The notes: generated by a model not told the origin, from the letters alone. A DNA stretch of 64,000 nt from an uncultured Gammaproteobacteria bacterium (GCA_963840405.1 CAWIYW010000005.1:75226-139225), one strand, 5' to 3'; counted from the first letter of the stretch, positions 19,093-28,719 are shown. A program made the numbers and translations.

Positions 19093-20211
19093 ATGCGCGG
19101 AGATCGTCTTACACGTCGTGCTGCACTGATCGGAGCGGCCGCGTTCCTCACCCCGCTCACTCCGAACATCCTGGTCGGCGCACCGAACACCTCGCCAGGC
19201 AAGACGAACCTGATCAAGCTCGACGGGAACGAGAATCCCTATGGCCCTTCCCCGGCCGCTCGTCGGGCGATTCTCGCGAGTGTCAGCGAGGCGCCGCGCT
19301 ATGCCGACGCAACGATCGAGACGTTGACGAATCAGCTCGCTGCGCACGAGGGCGTCGCGACCTCCCAGATTGTGATCGGCGCGGGCTCCGGTGAACTGCT
19401 CAAGATGGCCGGGCTACTAGCGGTGACGACAACCTCCGGCGCCGAAGTTGTCGCCTCACGACCGACCTATGAAGAACTGCCGGTGTTCGCCCAGACACTT
19501 GGCCTAAGAGTGCACTGGGTCGCACCGGACGCTGACCATCGGCACGATCTTTCGGCCATGCGTGGAGCCATCACGCAGCTCACGCGTCTGGTCTACGTTT
19601 GCAACCCCAACAACCCGACCGGGACCGCGGTCACGCGCGATGCGCTTGAGACGTTCATCCGGTCGGTTCCGGTGAGTTGCACTGTGATCGTCGACGAGGC
19701 CTACATGGATCTGGTCGATCAGCCGGGTGTCGCAACAGTCGCAGCGCTCGTCAATGACGTTCCCAATATGGTCGTATTGCGAACGTTCTCGAAGCTCCAT
19801 GGACTCGCAGGACTTCGCATCGGTTACGCAATCACCCCGGCGGTACTCGCGCAACGCCTCGCCGCGCTTTCACTCACCTGGCCGAACACGACGGGACTCT
19901 CGGCTGCGATCGCGAGCTTCAACGATCACGCCTTTCTGAAGACGACGCGCGCCGCACTTACCGGCGACCGCGCGAAAGTGCACGCAACGCTCGATCGCAT
20001 GGGGCTGGATCGAGCTGATGCGCAGGGCAACTTCGTGTTCTTCGATGCCGGCGGGCCTTTGAAGCGGTTCCAGGATCGGATGCTCGCCGAGGGTATCAAG
20101 GTCGGTCGCCATTTCGACGGCTATGACACGTGGGCGCGTGTCACGATCGGACTGCATCAGGAGGTCGACCGGTTCCTGCGCGCGCTTCCGCGGGCGCTCG
20201 GTGGGCACTGA
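19093..20211 (+). CDS. Class I/II PLP-dependent aminotransferase (HisC-like) with a twin-arginine signal
   Basis: Starts 'MRGDRLTRRAALIGAAAF' (Tat motif). Other markers are 'KLDGNENPYGPSP', 'NPNNPTG' and 'RTFSKLHGLAGLRIGY' (PLP Lys). Confidence 0.75.
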   Translation: MRGDRLTRRAALIGAAAFLTPLTPNILVGAPNTSPGKTNLIKLDGNENPYGPSPAARRAILASVSEAPRYADATIETLTNQLAAHEGVATSQIVIGAGSGELLKMAGLLAVTTTSGAEVVASRPTYEELPVFAQTLGLRVHWVAPDADHRHDLSAMRGAITQLTRLVYVCNPNNPTGTAVTRDALETFIRSVPVSCTVIVDEAYMDLVDQPGVATVAALVNDVPNMVVLRTFSKLHGLAGLRIGYAITPAVLAQRLAALSLTWPNTTGLSAAIASFNDHAFLKTTRAALTGDRAKVHATLDRMGLDRADAQGNFVFFDAGGPLKRFQDRMLAEGIKVGRHFDGYDTWARVTIGLHQEVDRFLRALPRALGGH

Positions 20212-20534
20212 CCCGGGCTTCTTCGCGAACATCCAGCGCTGCAGCATCGCCTCAGCTCGAACGTTAGGCGGCGCGGAGAGCGTCATGCATACTCTCGTGC
20301 GAACCAGGAGCCTGCTGGCGGGGGTAAAGGGCATAATTGCTAGCTACCCCATCGGCGGTACTCATGCTTGCTGCGCCCCCTTCGGTATTCCATCAACGTC
20401 ACGTTGGACGGGTGCTGCGATCTGGCAGGTGGCCCGCAAGTGGCCCCTAGGTCGGATGGGCGTGCGCAGCGACGGTTTTCAGGTTGCGCTCAGGAGCGTG
20501 CACTAGAGGGCGCAACCCCACAAGGAGATGCACC

Positions 20535-21404
20535 ATGCCCGCGCTATCGAAAGGGCCCGATACGATTGTACTGGTTCATGGCTTCTGGGTGACGCCGCGA
20601 AGCTGGGAGCACTGGATCACACGCTATGAAGCCCAAGGCTACCGCGTGCTCGCTCCAGCGTATCCCGGGTTCGAGGTCGAGGTCGAGGCTCTCAACCGCG
20701 ATCCTTCGCCCGTCGAACGCCTCACGGTTCCCGCGATCATGGCGCACCTCGAAGTCGTTGTCGAGCGACTCGAGGCGCCACCGATCCTCATGGGTCATTC
20801 GGCGGGTGGCGCGTTTGTGCAGCTGTTGCTCGATCGCGGCTATGGGGCGGTGGGAGTGGCGATCAACTCCGCGCCTACGGAAGGTGTGCGCGTCACGCCG
20901 CTGTCGCAGCTCAAATCGACGTTCCCGGTGCTGAAGAATCCCGCGAATCGCCACAGGGCAGTGCCGTTCACGTACGAGCAATGGCGCTACGTGTTCACGA
21001 ACACATTCGACGAAGCGGACGCGCGCGCTGCGTACGACCGCTATCACGTCCCGGCATCAGGGGGCATTTTCTGGGACAGCGTGCTGGCGAATTTCATCCC
21101 CGGCCCCCAGGACATCGCGGTCGACTACCATAACGACGCCCGCGCGCCCCTTCTCTTCATCTCGGGGAGCGAAGATCACCTGATGCCGCCCGCCGTCCAA
21201 CGCTCGAACGCGAAGCACTACAAGTCGAACACGATCACGGAGATCAGGGAATTTCCGGGACGCTCGCATCTCATGCCTGCCCAGCAGGGGTGGGAGGAGA
21301 TCGCCGACTATGCACTGGCGTGGGCCGAGGAGCACGCGACGCACGACCGCAGGCCGTTCCGACATCTTCATGAAATGGGGCCGCTAAACGCGATTGGGGT
21401 TTAG
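20535..21404 (+). CDS. Alpha/beta-fold hydrolase
   Basis: An AAGGAG RBS precedes the start. The protein begins 'IVLVHGFWVTPRSW' and has the nucleophile elbow 'GHSAGG'. Confidence 0.7.
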   Translation: MPALSKGPDTIVLVHGFWVTPRSWEHWITRYEAQGYRVLAPAYPGFEVEVEALNRDPSPVERLTVPAIMAHLEVVVERLEAPPILMGHSAGGAFVQLLLDRGYGAVGVAINSAPTEGVRVTPLSQLKSTFPVLKNPANRHRAVPFTYEQWRYVFTNTFDEADARAAYDRYHVPASGGIFWDSVLANFIPGPQDIAVDYHNDARAPLLFISGSEDHLMPPAVQRSNAKHYKSNTITEIREFPGRSHLMPAQQGWEEIADYALAWAEEHATHDRRPFRHLHEMGPLNAIGV

Positions 21405-21441
21405 CTGCGAGCTACCACCACGCAACTCGGGCCAAAATCCT

Positions 21442-21500
21442 GCCCCCGCTACCACTTCTAACAAGGCCTCGGCGCGAACGGCCGAGGCCTTTTCATTTCT
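21442..21500 (+). repeat. Intergenic repeat, copy 1: 20-nt box GCCCCCGCTACCACTTCTAA plus an 11-bp perfect hairpin (AAGGCCTCGGC/GCCGAGGCCTT) and a T-rich tail. It probably also acts as a bidirectional terminator.
   Basis: The same box-plus-hairpin architecture recurs at 23274-23324 and 30054-30110. This copy lies between convergent genes. Confidence 0.7.
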
Positions 21501-21510
21501 CCGCATGAAG

Positions 21511-22200
21511 CTAATTCTTCGGGCTGGTCTGCTTTGCAGCCTGTTCAATCAGCGCCACCACCTTGGCTGGCTGCGACAGAAAGATGGAATGACTGCCGGC
21601 AACTTCGACGACCGTGGAACCCGCGCGCTTCGACATCAAACGCTGGGCTGGCGGTGGAATCATCTTGTCTTCGGTGGCGACCAGATACCAGCTCGGTTTG
21701 TTCTTCCATGCCGGTTCGGTAATCGCCCCGGCGAGCGCCTCGACTCCCCAGGGCACTTGGGAGTCAGCCATGAACGCGGCTTTGTCCTTGGGCACATCAC
21801 CGGCGAAGCTGTCGGCGAACTTTGCCCGATCGAGCGCCAGGAACCCGTCTTGTGGTCCCACTATTGGCGGCACGGGCGCGCCCGGAGGCGGATCCTTGAT
21901 CAGCGAGCTCACTGACTCGCCCTTGTCCGGCGCGAAGGCCGCGATGAACACCAGGCCCACGACGCTCGGATGATTGCCGGCTTCAGTGATCACCGCGCCA
22001 CCGTAGGAATGGCCGACGAGAACGACCGGATCGCTCTGCGCGTCCAGGACTCGTTTTGTTGCAGCGACGTCGCCCGCCAACGATAGCGTTGGATTCTGCA
22101 CCACGCTCACGCTGTAACCATCCTCCTTCAGTATCTGATACACACTTTCCCAACCTGATCCGTCCACGAAGCCGCCGTGAACCAGGACTACTGCAGTCAT
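21511..22200 (-). CDS. Alpha/beta-fold hydrolase (small esterase type)
   Basis: Starts 'VVLVHGGFVDGSGW' and has the nucleophile elbow 'GHSYGG'. It is 229 aa long. Confidence 0.75.
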   Translation of the reverse strand: MTAVVLVHGGFVDGSGWESVYQILKEDGYSVSVVQNPTLSLAGDVAATKRVLDAQSDPVVLVGHSYGGAVITEAGNHPSVVGLVFIAAFAPDKGESVSSLIKDPPPGAPVPPIVGPQDGFLALDRAKFADSFAGDVPKDKAAFMADSQVPWGVEALAGAITEPAWKNKPSWYLVATEDKMIPPPAQRLMSKRAGSTVVEVAGSHSIFLSQPAKVVALIEQAAKQTSPKN

Positions 22201-22394
22201 GGCATCACCTCGTTTGGTTGTGGCACGTTACCGTGCAGTCAATTGTTTCTCGCGCCGCGGCCAGGCAGACGTAGCTCTCATGTGGGGCGGGCGAGGCGAA
22301 CGTAAATTAGGCCACTGCTTGCGCGATTTCACAACCGTGGGTTGTCAAGTGCGCGATGTAGCCACCCGCCCCGGGGCCGGGTGGTGCCCCCCAG

Positions 22395-22725
22395 TCAGTC
22401 TTCGCGAAGCTCGCTGAAGCGGGCGCCGAGATAGTCGAGAAGCGCCCGCACCGAGGGCAGCAGTCCGCGCTTGGATGGATACACCGCATGGACAACTTGG
22501 CGCTTGGGGGCCCAGCTGGGCAGCAGATGCGCCAACTGGCCATTGCGAATTTCATCGGACACCATCAGCAGCGGCAGATGTACGACACCGACACCGACGA
22601 TGGCGGCACTGCGCAGCGCAATCATGTCGTCGCTGACCAGTCGCGGCCGATGGTGGATGATGGCCTGCGCGCCGTCGGGGCCTTCCAGTTTCCAGATGTG
22701 CTCCTGACGCGGCGGTCCTAGATCG
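22395..22725 (-). pseudogene. LysR-family regulator, C-terminal fragment only (~110 aa); the helix-turn-helix and half of the effector domain are missing
   Basis: My translation reads '...LDLGPPRQEHIWKLEGPDGAQAIIHHRPRLVSDDMIALRSAAIVGVGVVHLPLLMVSDEIRNGQLAHLLPSW...YPSKRGLLPSVRALLDYL'. That is a typical LysR substrate-binding C-terminus. Homology stops abruptly at about 22725. Confidence 0.7.
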
Positions 22726-22732
22726 AGGCTGG

Positions 22733-23248
22733 GGAGGCCATTTCCCGACTTTTGCGGCGGCGGCGGGCGATACGAATGTCGTGGAGCGCTGCAAGAAGTC
22801 GTGCAAGTCCGGAGCCAAGTCCTTCAAGGTCCATCTCGACGGCTACAATCTGATGCCATTCTTCAAGGGCGAGGTGAAGGAATCGCCGCGGCAAGAGTTT
22901 CTATACTGGAGTGACGATGGTGATCTGTTCGCGGTGCGAGTCGGCCCGTGGAAAATCTCCTTCATCGAGCAGTACCACACGGGGATGGATGTGTGGCGTA
23001 AGGGCTTTGAACACCTTCGCGTTCCGAATCTCTACAATTTGCGCGCCGACCCCTTCGAGCGCGGGCCCGAATCCGTCGCTTACGGCTGGAGCTATTTCGT
23101 CCCCCGCTCGTTCGTCATCGCACCCGCACAAACTTTGGTTGCGCAGTGGATCGACAGCTTCAAGGAATTCCCGATCCGGCAGAAGCCCGCGAGTTTCAAC
23201 CTCGACGACGTGATGCGGACACTTTCCGAGCCGGCCACCGGCAAGTAG
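22733..23248 (+). pseudogene. Arylsulfatase, C-terminal fragment only (~170 aa)
   Basis: The segment 'FPTFAAAAGDTNVVE...KSFKVHLDGYNLMPFFKGE...LYNLRADPFERG...FKEFPIRQKPASFNLDDVM' aligns residue-for-residue with the C-terminus of the intact arylsulfatase at 60556-62136. No N-terminal catalytic part is present. Confidence 0.75.
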
Positions 23249-23273
23249 GACCCGTATGTAACTCCCATAGCGA

Positions 23274-23324
23274 GCCCCCGCTAACACTTCTAAGTAGGCC
23301 TCGGCGCGAACCGCCGGGACCTAC
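23274..23324 (+). repeat. Intergenic repeat, copy 2: box GCCCCCGCTAACACTTCTAA plus an imperfect hairpin around GGCGCGAACCGCC
   Basis: The box matches copy 1 at 19 of 20 positions. It has the same 2-3 nt spacer and the same hairpin core. Confidence 0.65.
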
Positions 23325-23462
23325 TCATCTCCCAGGCCGCGAAGTGTCCTCCTTTGTCGACTACATTGAAGTAGATTCTGGTTGGCGAACTCCGATCAAA
23401 CTCGCCTGACGATCTATTCGTCGGCTCGTCTATTCAGTTGGGGCATCGACGAGCGGGCGACA

Positions 23463-24449
23463 ATGAATCTGCACCGATGGCTTGTGGCGCTTGCCATGAC
23501 CGGATTCGTTTCTCCGGTGTTCGGCCAATACTGCGGACAGTGGGACCCGAACAACCCCGGCTGCTGGCAGGACCGGCGGGACGAGGAGGACGCGCGACGG
23601 CGGGAAGCCGAAGAGGAAAGTCGCAAAAGGGACGAGGAACGCGAACGGGAGGAGGCAAGCGCGGAAGAATGGCGTCGAGGCGAGCCCCAACGGCGCGAAG
23701 CCGCCCGCCAGAATGCCGCAAACACGGCCGCAACCGAAGCCGCGCTGAAGGAACTGCGGGCCAAGTTGCTTACGATGCCGCCACTGCTACCCGGTCGCAA
23801 TCTCCTGCTCGGGCGTTGGCGCGTCGCTGGCAGCGATAAGTCACGCGCCCAGGACGACTGGTCACAACTGCAAAGTATGTTGGCCAATCCGGGGGGTGCG
23901 ATGTGCACGATGCTGTTCGGAGAGGGCATCACCGAGTTTCTGCCAGCGTCATGGGCATCGATCGACAGCTCGGGCAACGATTCGCTCGGAAAGATCCAGT
24001 ACCGTATGCACGACAGCCGCGCTTATGCGTTGCCGGATCAGGGCATTCCCCTGCTGGGCTTCGAGGTTGTCGACAGGAACCGAATCCGCGAAGTGCGGAT
24101 GCCCGACTGTGTGTTGGTGCGCGTCGCGGCGCAACCGGCGGCCGCAGCCGCAACGCAAGCGGCCAAGTCGGCGACCAGCGTCGCGACGCCGTCAGCACCA
24201 GTGCGCTCGACGAGCAAGCCCATCGATCCAAACTCCCCGCTGGGACGAGGCGTGCGCCTGCACGGTGAAAAAGAGTTCCAGCCCGCGCTGCAACAGCTCC
24301 TCGTCGCTGCGCAGTCAGATCCGAAGGACCCACGGGTCCATGTCTATCTCGCGGACACCTATCGTTGGCTCGGAATGGATGCCGAATCGAACCAGGCTGC
24401 GGAGCGCGCAAGGCAGCTCGACCCGAACGCCTTCGACGCCCTGCGCTGA
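23463..24449 (+). CDS. Secreted hypothetical protein with a highly charged Arg/Glu region and a C-terminal TPR-like motif
   Basis: It has a signal peptide ('MNLHRWLVALAMTGFVSPVFGQ') and an ~70-aa E/R/D-rich stretch. The C-terminus 'HVYLADTYRWLGMDAESNQAAERARQLDPN' is TPR-like. I recognise no family. Confidence 0.5.
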   Translation: MNLHRWLVALAMTGFVSPVFGQYCGQWDPNNPGCWQDRRDEEDARRREAEEESRKRDEEREREEASAEEWRRGEPQRREAARQNAANTAATEAALKELRAKLLTMPPLLPGRNLLLGRWRVAGSDKSRAQDDWSQLQSMLANPGGAMCTMLFGEGITEFLPASWASIDSSGNDSLGKIQYRMHDSRAYALPDQGIPLLGFEVVDRNRIREVRMPDCVLVRVAAQPAAAAATQAAKSATSVATPSAPVRSTSKPIDPNSPLGRGVRLHGEKEFQPALQQLLVAAQSDPKDPRVHVYLADTYRWLGMDAESNQAAERARQLDPNAFDALR

Positions 24450-24739
24450 TCCGATCTCGTGTGACTCCAAGCTAGCGAACCGGCGCCGCGGGCTTTGACG
24501 AGCCCCTCGCAGAGTCCCACTGACACGCAGCCGCTCTCATCGCGCCAGGAGGGCCAGCGGCCCGCGTGCCCCATCGAACCGCACCGTGTTGCACCAACGG
24601 CCAATCGACCCGCCATTACGATTCCTCTACGGTGCGACCGCTATGCGCTCGGCGGTGCCACGGTCACAAAGATGGCGCCTGTGACTCCTTTCGTCCCTAC
24701 GCCGTTCACCTTCGCGTACTCCGTGATAACGGAGTCCGA

Positions 24740-26006
24740 CTACCGTAGCGACTTGAACGCCGCGCGCAGGTCCGACACCAGGAGCTCCGGCTGTTCCCAC
24801 GCCGCGAAGTGGCCGCCTTTGTCGTGCTTGTTGTAGTAGATGAGCTTGGGATACGCCTTCTCTGTCCAACTCCGCGGGGCCTGATAGAGCTCGTCCGGAA
24901 AGGCGCTCACCGCGGCCGGGATGGGGACGTTCTTTCGGGGCAAAGAAGGCGAGCTTGCTTTCCCAATACAGACGGGCCGAAGAGATCGTCGTGTTCGTCA
25001 GCCAGTAGAGCGTGACGTTGTCGAGCACGTCGTCTCGCGTGAGCCCCTCGCGCTGACCGTCAAAGACGCGCGTGATGAGCGCCAGGCTGCGCGCGTCGTG
25101 GTCGAGCATCCAGGCGGCCATGCCGACCGGCGAATCCCCGATCCCGTAGAGCGTCTGCGGGCGGTTCGCCATCTCCTGGGCGTAGCCCAGGCCGTGCTTG
25201 TAGAAATACGCGAGCTGATCGTACGCGTGCTTTTCGTCGGCCGAGAGGCCTGACGGCGCCGGCGCGCCGGCAAGAGCCGCCGTGTCGATGTCGTCTGGCA
25301 CGGTGGCAGGCATGTTGGTGTGAATGCCGATCAACTCCGGAGCCCCCAGCAGAGCCATCTGTTCCGTGACCGCATTCCCCCAATCGCCGCCCTGCGCCAC
25401 GAATCGTGTGTATCCGAGGCGCTTCATCAGCACTATCCACGCACGTGCGATGCGGATGGGATCCCAGCCGGTCTCCGTGGGCTTCCCGGAAAATCCGTAG
25501 CCCGGCAGCGACGGAATCACGACATCGAAAGCGTCCGATGCGCTCCCGCCATGCGCCGTGGGATTCGTCAGCGGATCGATGATCTTCAACTGCTCGATGA
25601 TCGAGCCCGGCCATCCGTGCGTGACGATCATCGGCAACGCGTTCGGCTGTTTCGAACGCACGTGAATGAAGTGAATGTCGACCCCGTCGATCTTGGTGAT
25701 GAATTGCGGCAGGGCATTGAGCTTCGCCTCGCACTTGCGCCAGTCGTACTCGGTCCCCCAGTAGCGCGCGAGTTTCTGAACCGTCGCGAGCTGCACGCCT
25801 TGCGACTGATCGGTGACGATTTCCCGCTCGGGCCACCGTGTCGCCGCGATGCGGCGTTTCAGGTCGGCGAGCGCCTCGTCCGGAAAGTGAACGCGGAAGG
25901 GGCGGATGGCGTCGGCGCCGCCCTCTGTCTTCGCTTGTGCTTGTGTTGTGTCCATGGCGATTGTTCCTCCTATGAGAAGTGCGACAAGTGTCCAACCGTG
26001 CTTCAT
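24740..26006 (-). pseudogene. Epoxide hydrolase (microsomal/EHN-domain type), paralog EH1; has a signal peptide and one frameshift near 24935
   Basis: Markers are 'IRPFRVHFPDEALADLKRRI', 'HGWPGS' (oxyanion HGXP) and 'AQGGDWG' (Asp nucleophile). After 'YWESKLAFFAPK' the frame shifts, and the protein continues as 'NVPIPAAVSAFPDELY...GGHFAAWEQP...AAFKSLR' (ORF 24740-24943). Confidence 0.8.
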
Positions 26007-26018
26007 GGCTTCTTCTCC

Positions 26019-27284
26019 TCAGCGCAGCGATCGAAACGCCGCGCGGACCTCTTCGGCGAAGAGCTGCGGCTGTTCCCACGCGGCGAAGTGGCCGCCCTTG
26101 CTCGACCTGGTTGTAGTGGATGAGCTTGGGATACGCCTGTCTCTGTCCAGCTCCGCGGGGCTTCGTATTGCTCGCCAGGGAAGACGCTCACGGCGACCGG
26201 AATGGCGACGCCCTTGGCGTTGAAGAAGCCGCCCTTGTATTCCCAATAGAGACGAGACGAAGAGACGCCCGTGTTCGTCAGCCAATAGAGCGTGATGTTG
26301 TCGAGGATCTCGTCACGCGTCAGTTCGCCCGTGGTGCTCGAGGTCCGGTTCAGCGCCGATCGCGACTGCCGCGGCCGGCTGGCCGTCCGCATCGTTGTGA
26401 TCGAGCAGCCAGGCGGCGAGGCCGACGGGTGAATCCGCAATGCCGTACAAGGTCTGCGGGCGCGCCGCCATCAGCACCGCGTATTCGAACCTGCTTGAAC
26501 GTCCGGGCCAGCTGCTCGCACGCGCGCTGTTCCTCGGCCGAGAGACCGGCGGGCGCCGGATCGCCGCGGCTGAGAGCAGTGTTGATGTCATTGGGAACGA
26601 CGGCCGGCATGTTGGTGTGGATGGCGAGCAATCCCGACAGGCGCCTGCAGGCCCATCTGATCGACGACGAACGCGCCCCAGTCGCCGCCCGAGGCGACGT
26701 AGCGGGTGTAGCCGAGGCGCTTCATCAGCACTGCCCAGGCTCGGCCCATGCGCTCGGGTCCCCAGCCGGGGCTCGTCGGCTTGCCGGAGAAGCCGTAGCC
26801 CGGCATCGACGGAATCACGACATCGAAGGCGTCCTCTGCCCGGCCGCCGTGCGCTGTCGGATCCGTGAGCGGACCGATGATCTTCAACTGCTCGATGATC
26901 GAGCCGGGCCAGCCATGATTGACGACGAGCGGCAACGCATTCTTGTGCTTCGAGCGGACGTGGATGAAATGAATGTCCAGCCCGTCGATCATCGGTGATG
27001 AACTGCGGCAGGGCGTTCAGTTTCGCCTCGACCTTGCGCCAGTCGTAGTCCGTCGCCCAATAGCGGGCGAGCTCCTGCATCGCCGCGAGCGGCACGCCCT
27101 GGGACGTATCAGTCACGGTCTCCTTCTCGGGCCACTGCGTTGCGAGCACGCGTCGACGAAGGTCATCGAGTGCCGCCTGGGGAATGCTGACGTGGAATGG
27201 GCGGATTGCGTTGTCGTCGGCCGCTGGAGTGACCTCGGCGCCGCTCGCGGCGGCGGGCAAGGTGAAGCTCGATATCACGGTCAT
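26019..27284 (-). pseudogene. Epoxide hydrolase paralog EH2, heavily decayed (at least 5 frameshifts)
   Basis: Homologous segments are scattered over three frames: 'IRPFHVSIPQAALDDLRRRV...ALPQFIT' / 'IDGLDIHFIHVRSKH...HGWPGS...SGGDWG' / 'LAIHTNMPAVVPNDI' / 'ARPQTLYGIADSPVGLAAWLLDH' / 'LTRDEILDNITLYWLTN...VSVFPGEQYEAPRSW' / 'QAYPKLIHYNQVE' (my translation, third frame) / 'KGGHFAAWEQP...AAFRSLR'. The stop lies 13 nt upstream of the EH1 start. Confidence 0.8.
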
Positions 27285-27706
27285 GAGAATTCTCCATCGG
27301 TGAACAACAGGTCTACGGGTGCCGGTGTGCTGCACTTCGTCGAAAGTCATGCGCGGCCTCCTTGCTAGAAATGATTATCTGTTGCGCATATCCGCTTCAC
27401 CGGTGGTTGAAGCGTGAAGATGGAAGCGTGTTTGCTTCCAGGCCCGCTGTCTGTGCGCTCTCGTACAGATGGCGGCTAGCGCGCAGGCATGTCCGCTTCT
27501 GGCGGGTGAAGGCTGGCGCGAGTGCGCGCTCTTCCCTAACAAGTTGGTGAACGCGAACGGTTGGTGCCGGGTGTGGGCCCCCCCAGCCCAGCTCCTGATC
27601 AGGTCCGCATTAGCGCGTCGAGGCATCACACTTGACGCTGCTGCAGCTGGGGGTGTACAGGACGATGCATCACCCGGAGACAAGTCGCCCGTAGCGTGGA
27701 GAACTC

Positions 27707-28144
27707 ATGAAACCCGTGCACCACCATGCGGGCGGCAAATCCGTGATCAGGGGCGTACTGGGAGCGGTCGTCGGTTACGTCACGCTCGCGCTGGCTTCGA
27801 CGTTGGTACAGGAGGTCTGGTTAGGCGGAGTGAGCTACCGGAACTCCGAACGGTCTGTGCTGATTCTTGCGGGTGTGTTCACCCCTCTCTGCGCGTTCCT
27901 GGGTGGGCTCGTCAGTGCGCTTGTCGCGACGCGCGCCCGCTGGCTGGCGGCAGGGATCTTGAGTGGATTGATCGCAGTCGAGACCACATACCTGTACAGC
28001 ACGGAGCGCGTTGACGGGCCACTATGGTTCGAAGCCGGTGCTGCGGCGGCCCTGATCCTGGCGGTGTGCGCAGCCACATGGCTGTGCGAACGCTACGCCA
28101 CACGTACGCTGTCGCCGCAGCGTGCGGCTGCGCCTCCGGGCTAG
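27707..28144 (+). CDS. Hypothetical 4-TM membrane protein
   Basis: It has four hydrophobic segments and is followed by a hairpin and T-tract. No family was recognised. Confidence 0.45.
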   Translation: MKPVHHHAGGKSVIRGVLGAVVGYVTLALASTLVQEVWLGGVSYRNSERSVLILAGVFTPLCAFLGGLVSALVATRARWLAAGILSGLIAVETTYLYSTERVDGPLWFEAGAAAALILAVCAATWLCERYATRTLSPQRAAAPPG

Positions 28145-28171
28145 TCATCAAGTCGGTCTGGGTTGGCATAA

Positions 28172-28205
28172 GGCCTCGGCGCAAGACGTCGGGGCGTTTT
28201 CATTT
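28172..28205 (+). terminator. Rho-independent terminator-like hairpin; a degenerate member of the GGCG...CGCC hairpin family
   Basis: The stem GCCTCGGCG/CGTCGGGGC includes G-U pairs and is followed by TTTTCATTTT. That tail resembles the one in repeat copy 1. Confidence 0.5.
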
Positions 28206-28247
28206 TGTCCGCTATCGTCCCCGGACGTTGCCCGGACACAAGCGGCC

Positions 28248-28440
28248 TCAGGGCAAATTACCCGGGCGGATGTTCTGGTTGTGGTGAAAGACGTTGTCCG
28301 GGTCGTACGTGGTCTTCACGTCCACCAGCCGCTCGTAGACGGAGTCGCCGTACGCCTCGCGGACCCGGCCGGGGTCTTCGTCGCCACCGAGGAAGTTGAC
28401 GTACACGCCTTTGCGGAAGCGGCCGAGGGCAGCCCAGCGG
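28248..28440 (-). pseudogene. FAD-linked oxidase remnant: C-terminal BBE (berberine-bridge-enzyme-like) motif only
   Basis: My translation is 'VYSRWAALGRFRKGVYVNFLGGDEDPGRVREAYGDSVYERLVDVKTTYDPDNVFHHNQNIRPGNLP*'. This is the classic BBE C-terminus. An in-frame stop lies immediately upstream, there is no start codon, and the remnant is not in the ORF track. Confidence 0.6.
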
Positions 28441-28719
28441 CTGTAAACTCAAGTCAAACTCCGCGACGAGATGCGTTCTATCGGCCGCTTCCACTAGGCG
28501 TATGGGACTGGTGAGCCGCGGTGGCCTTGTCACTCGTCACGACACGTCTCACCTTGGGCCAATTGTTTCCGTCTTGATTGAGCGTATAAGTCCCGCGACG
28601 GTCAGCTACATAGACAAAAACACCCGGCCTCAATCGCCGTCGTTTTTTGCAGAGCTGAGGCGGCAACCGTTGTTGCCAGCCCGCCCGGTGTTCCCGGACT
28701 TTTACTTTCGGAAAGGAGC

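Noticed and set aside
24450-24739. A 290-nt intergenic gap lies between the TPR protein and EH1. I examined it for an sRNA, riboswitch or extra terminator repeat.
   Set aside because: I found no copy of the box/hairpin repeat, no strong stem-loop and no similarity to other parts of the window. The long ORF 24627-26006 reads through it only because of the EH1 frameshift.
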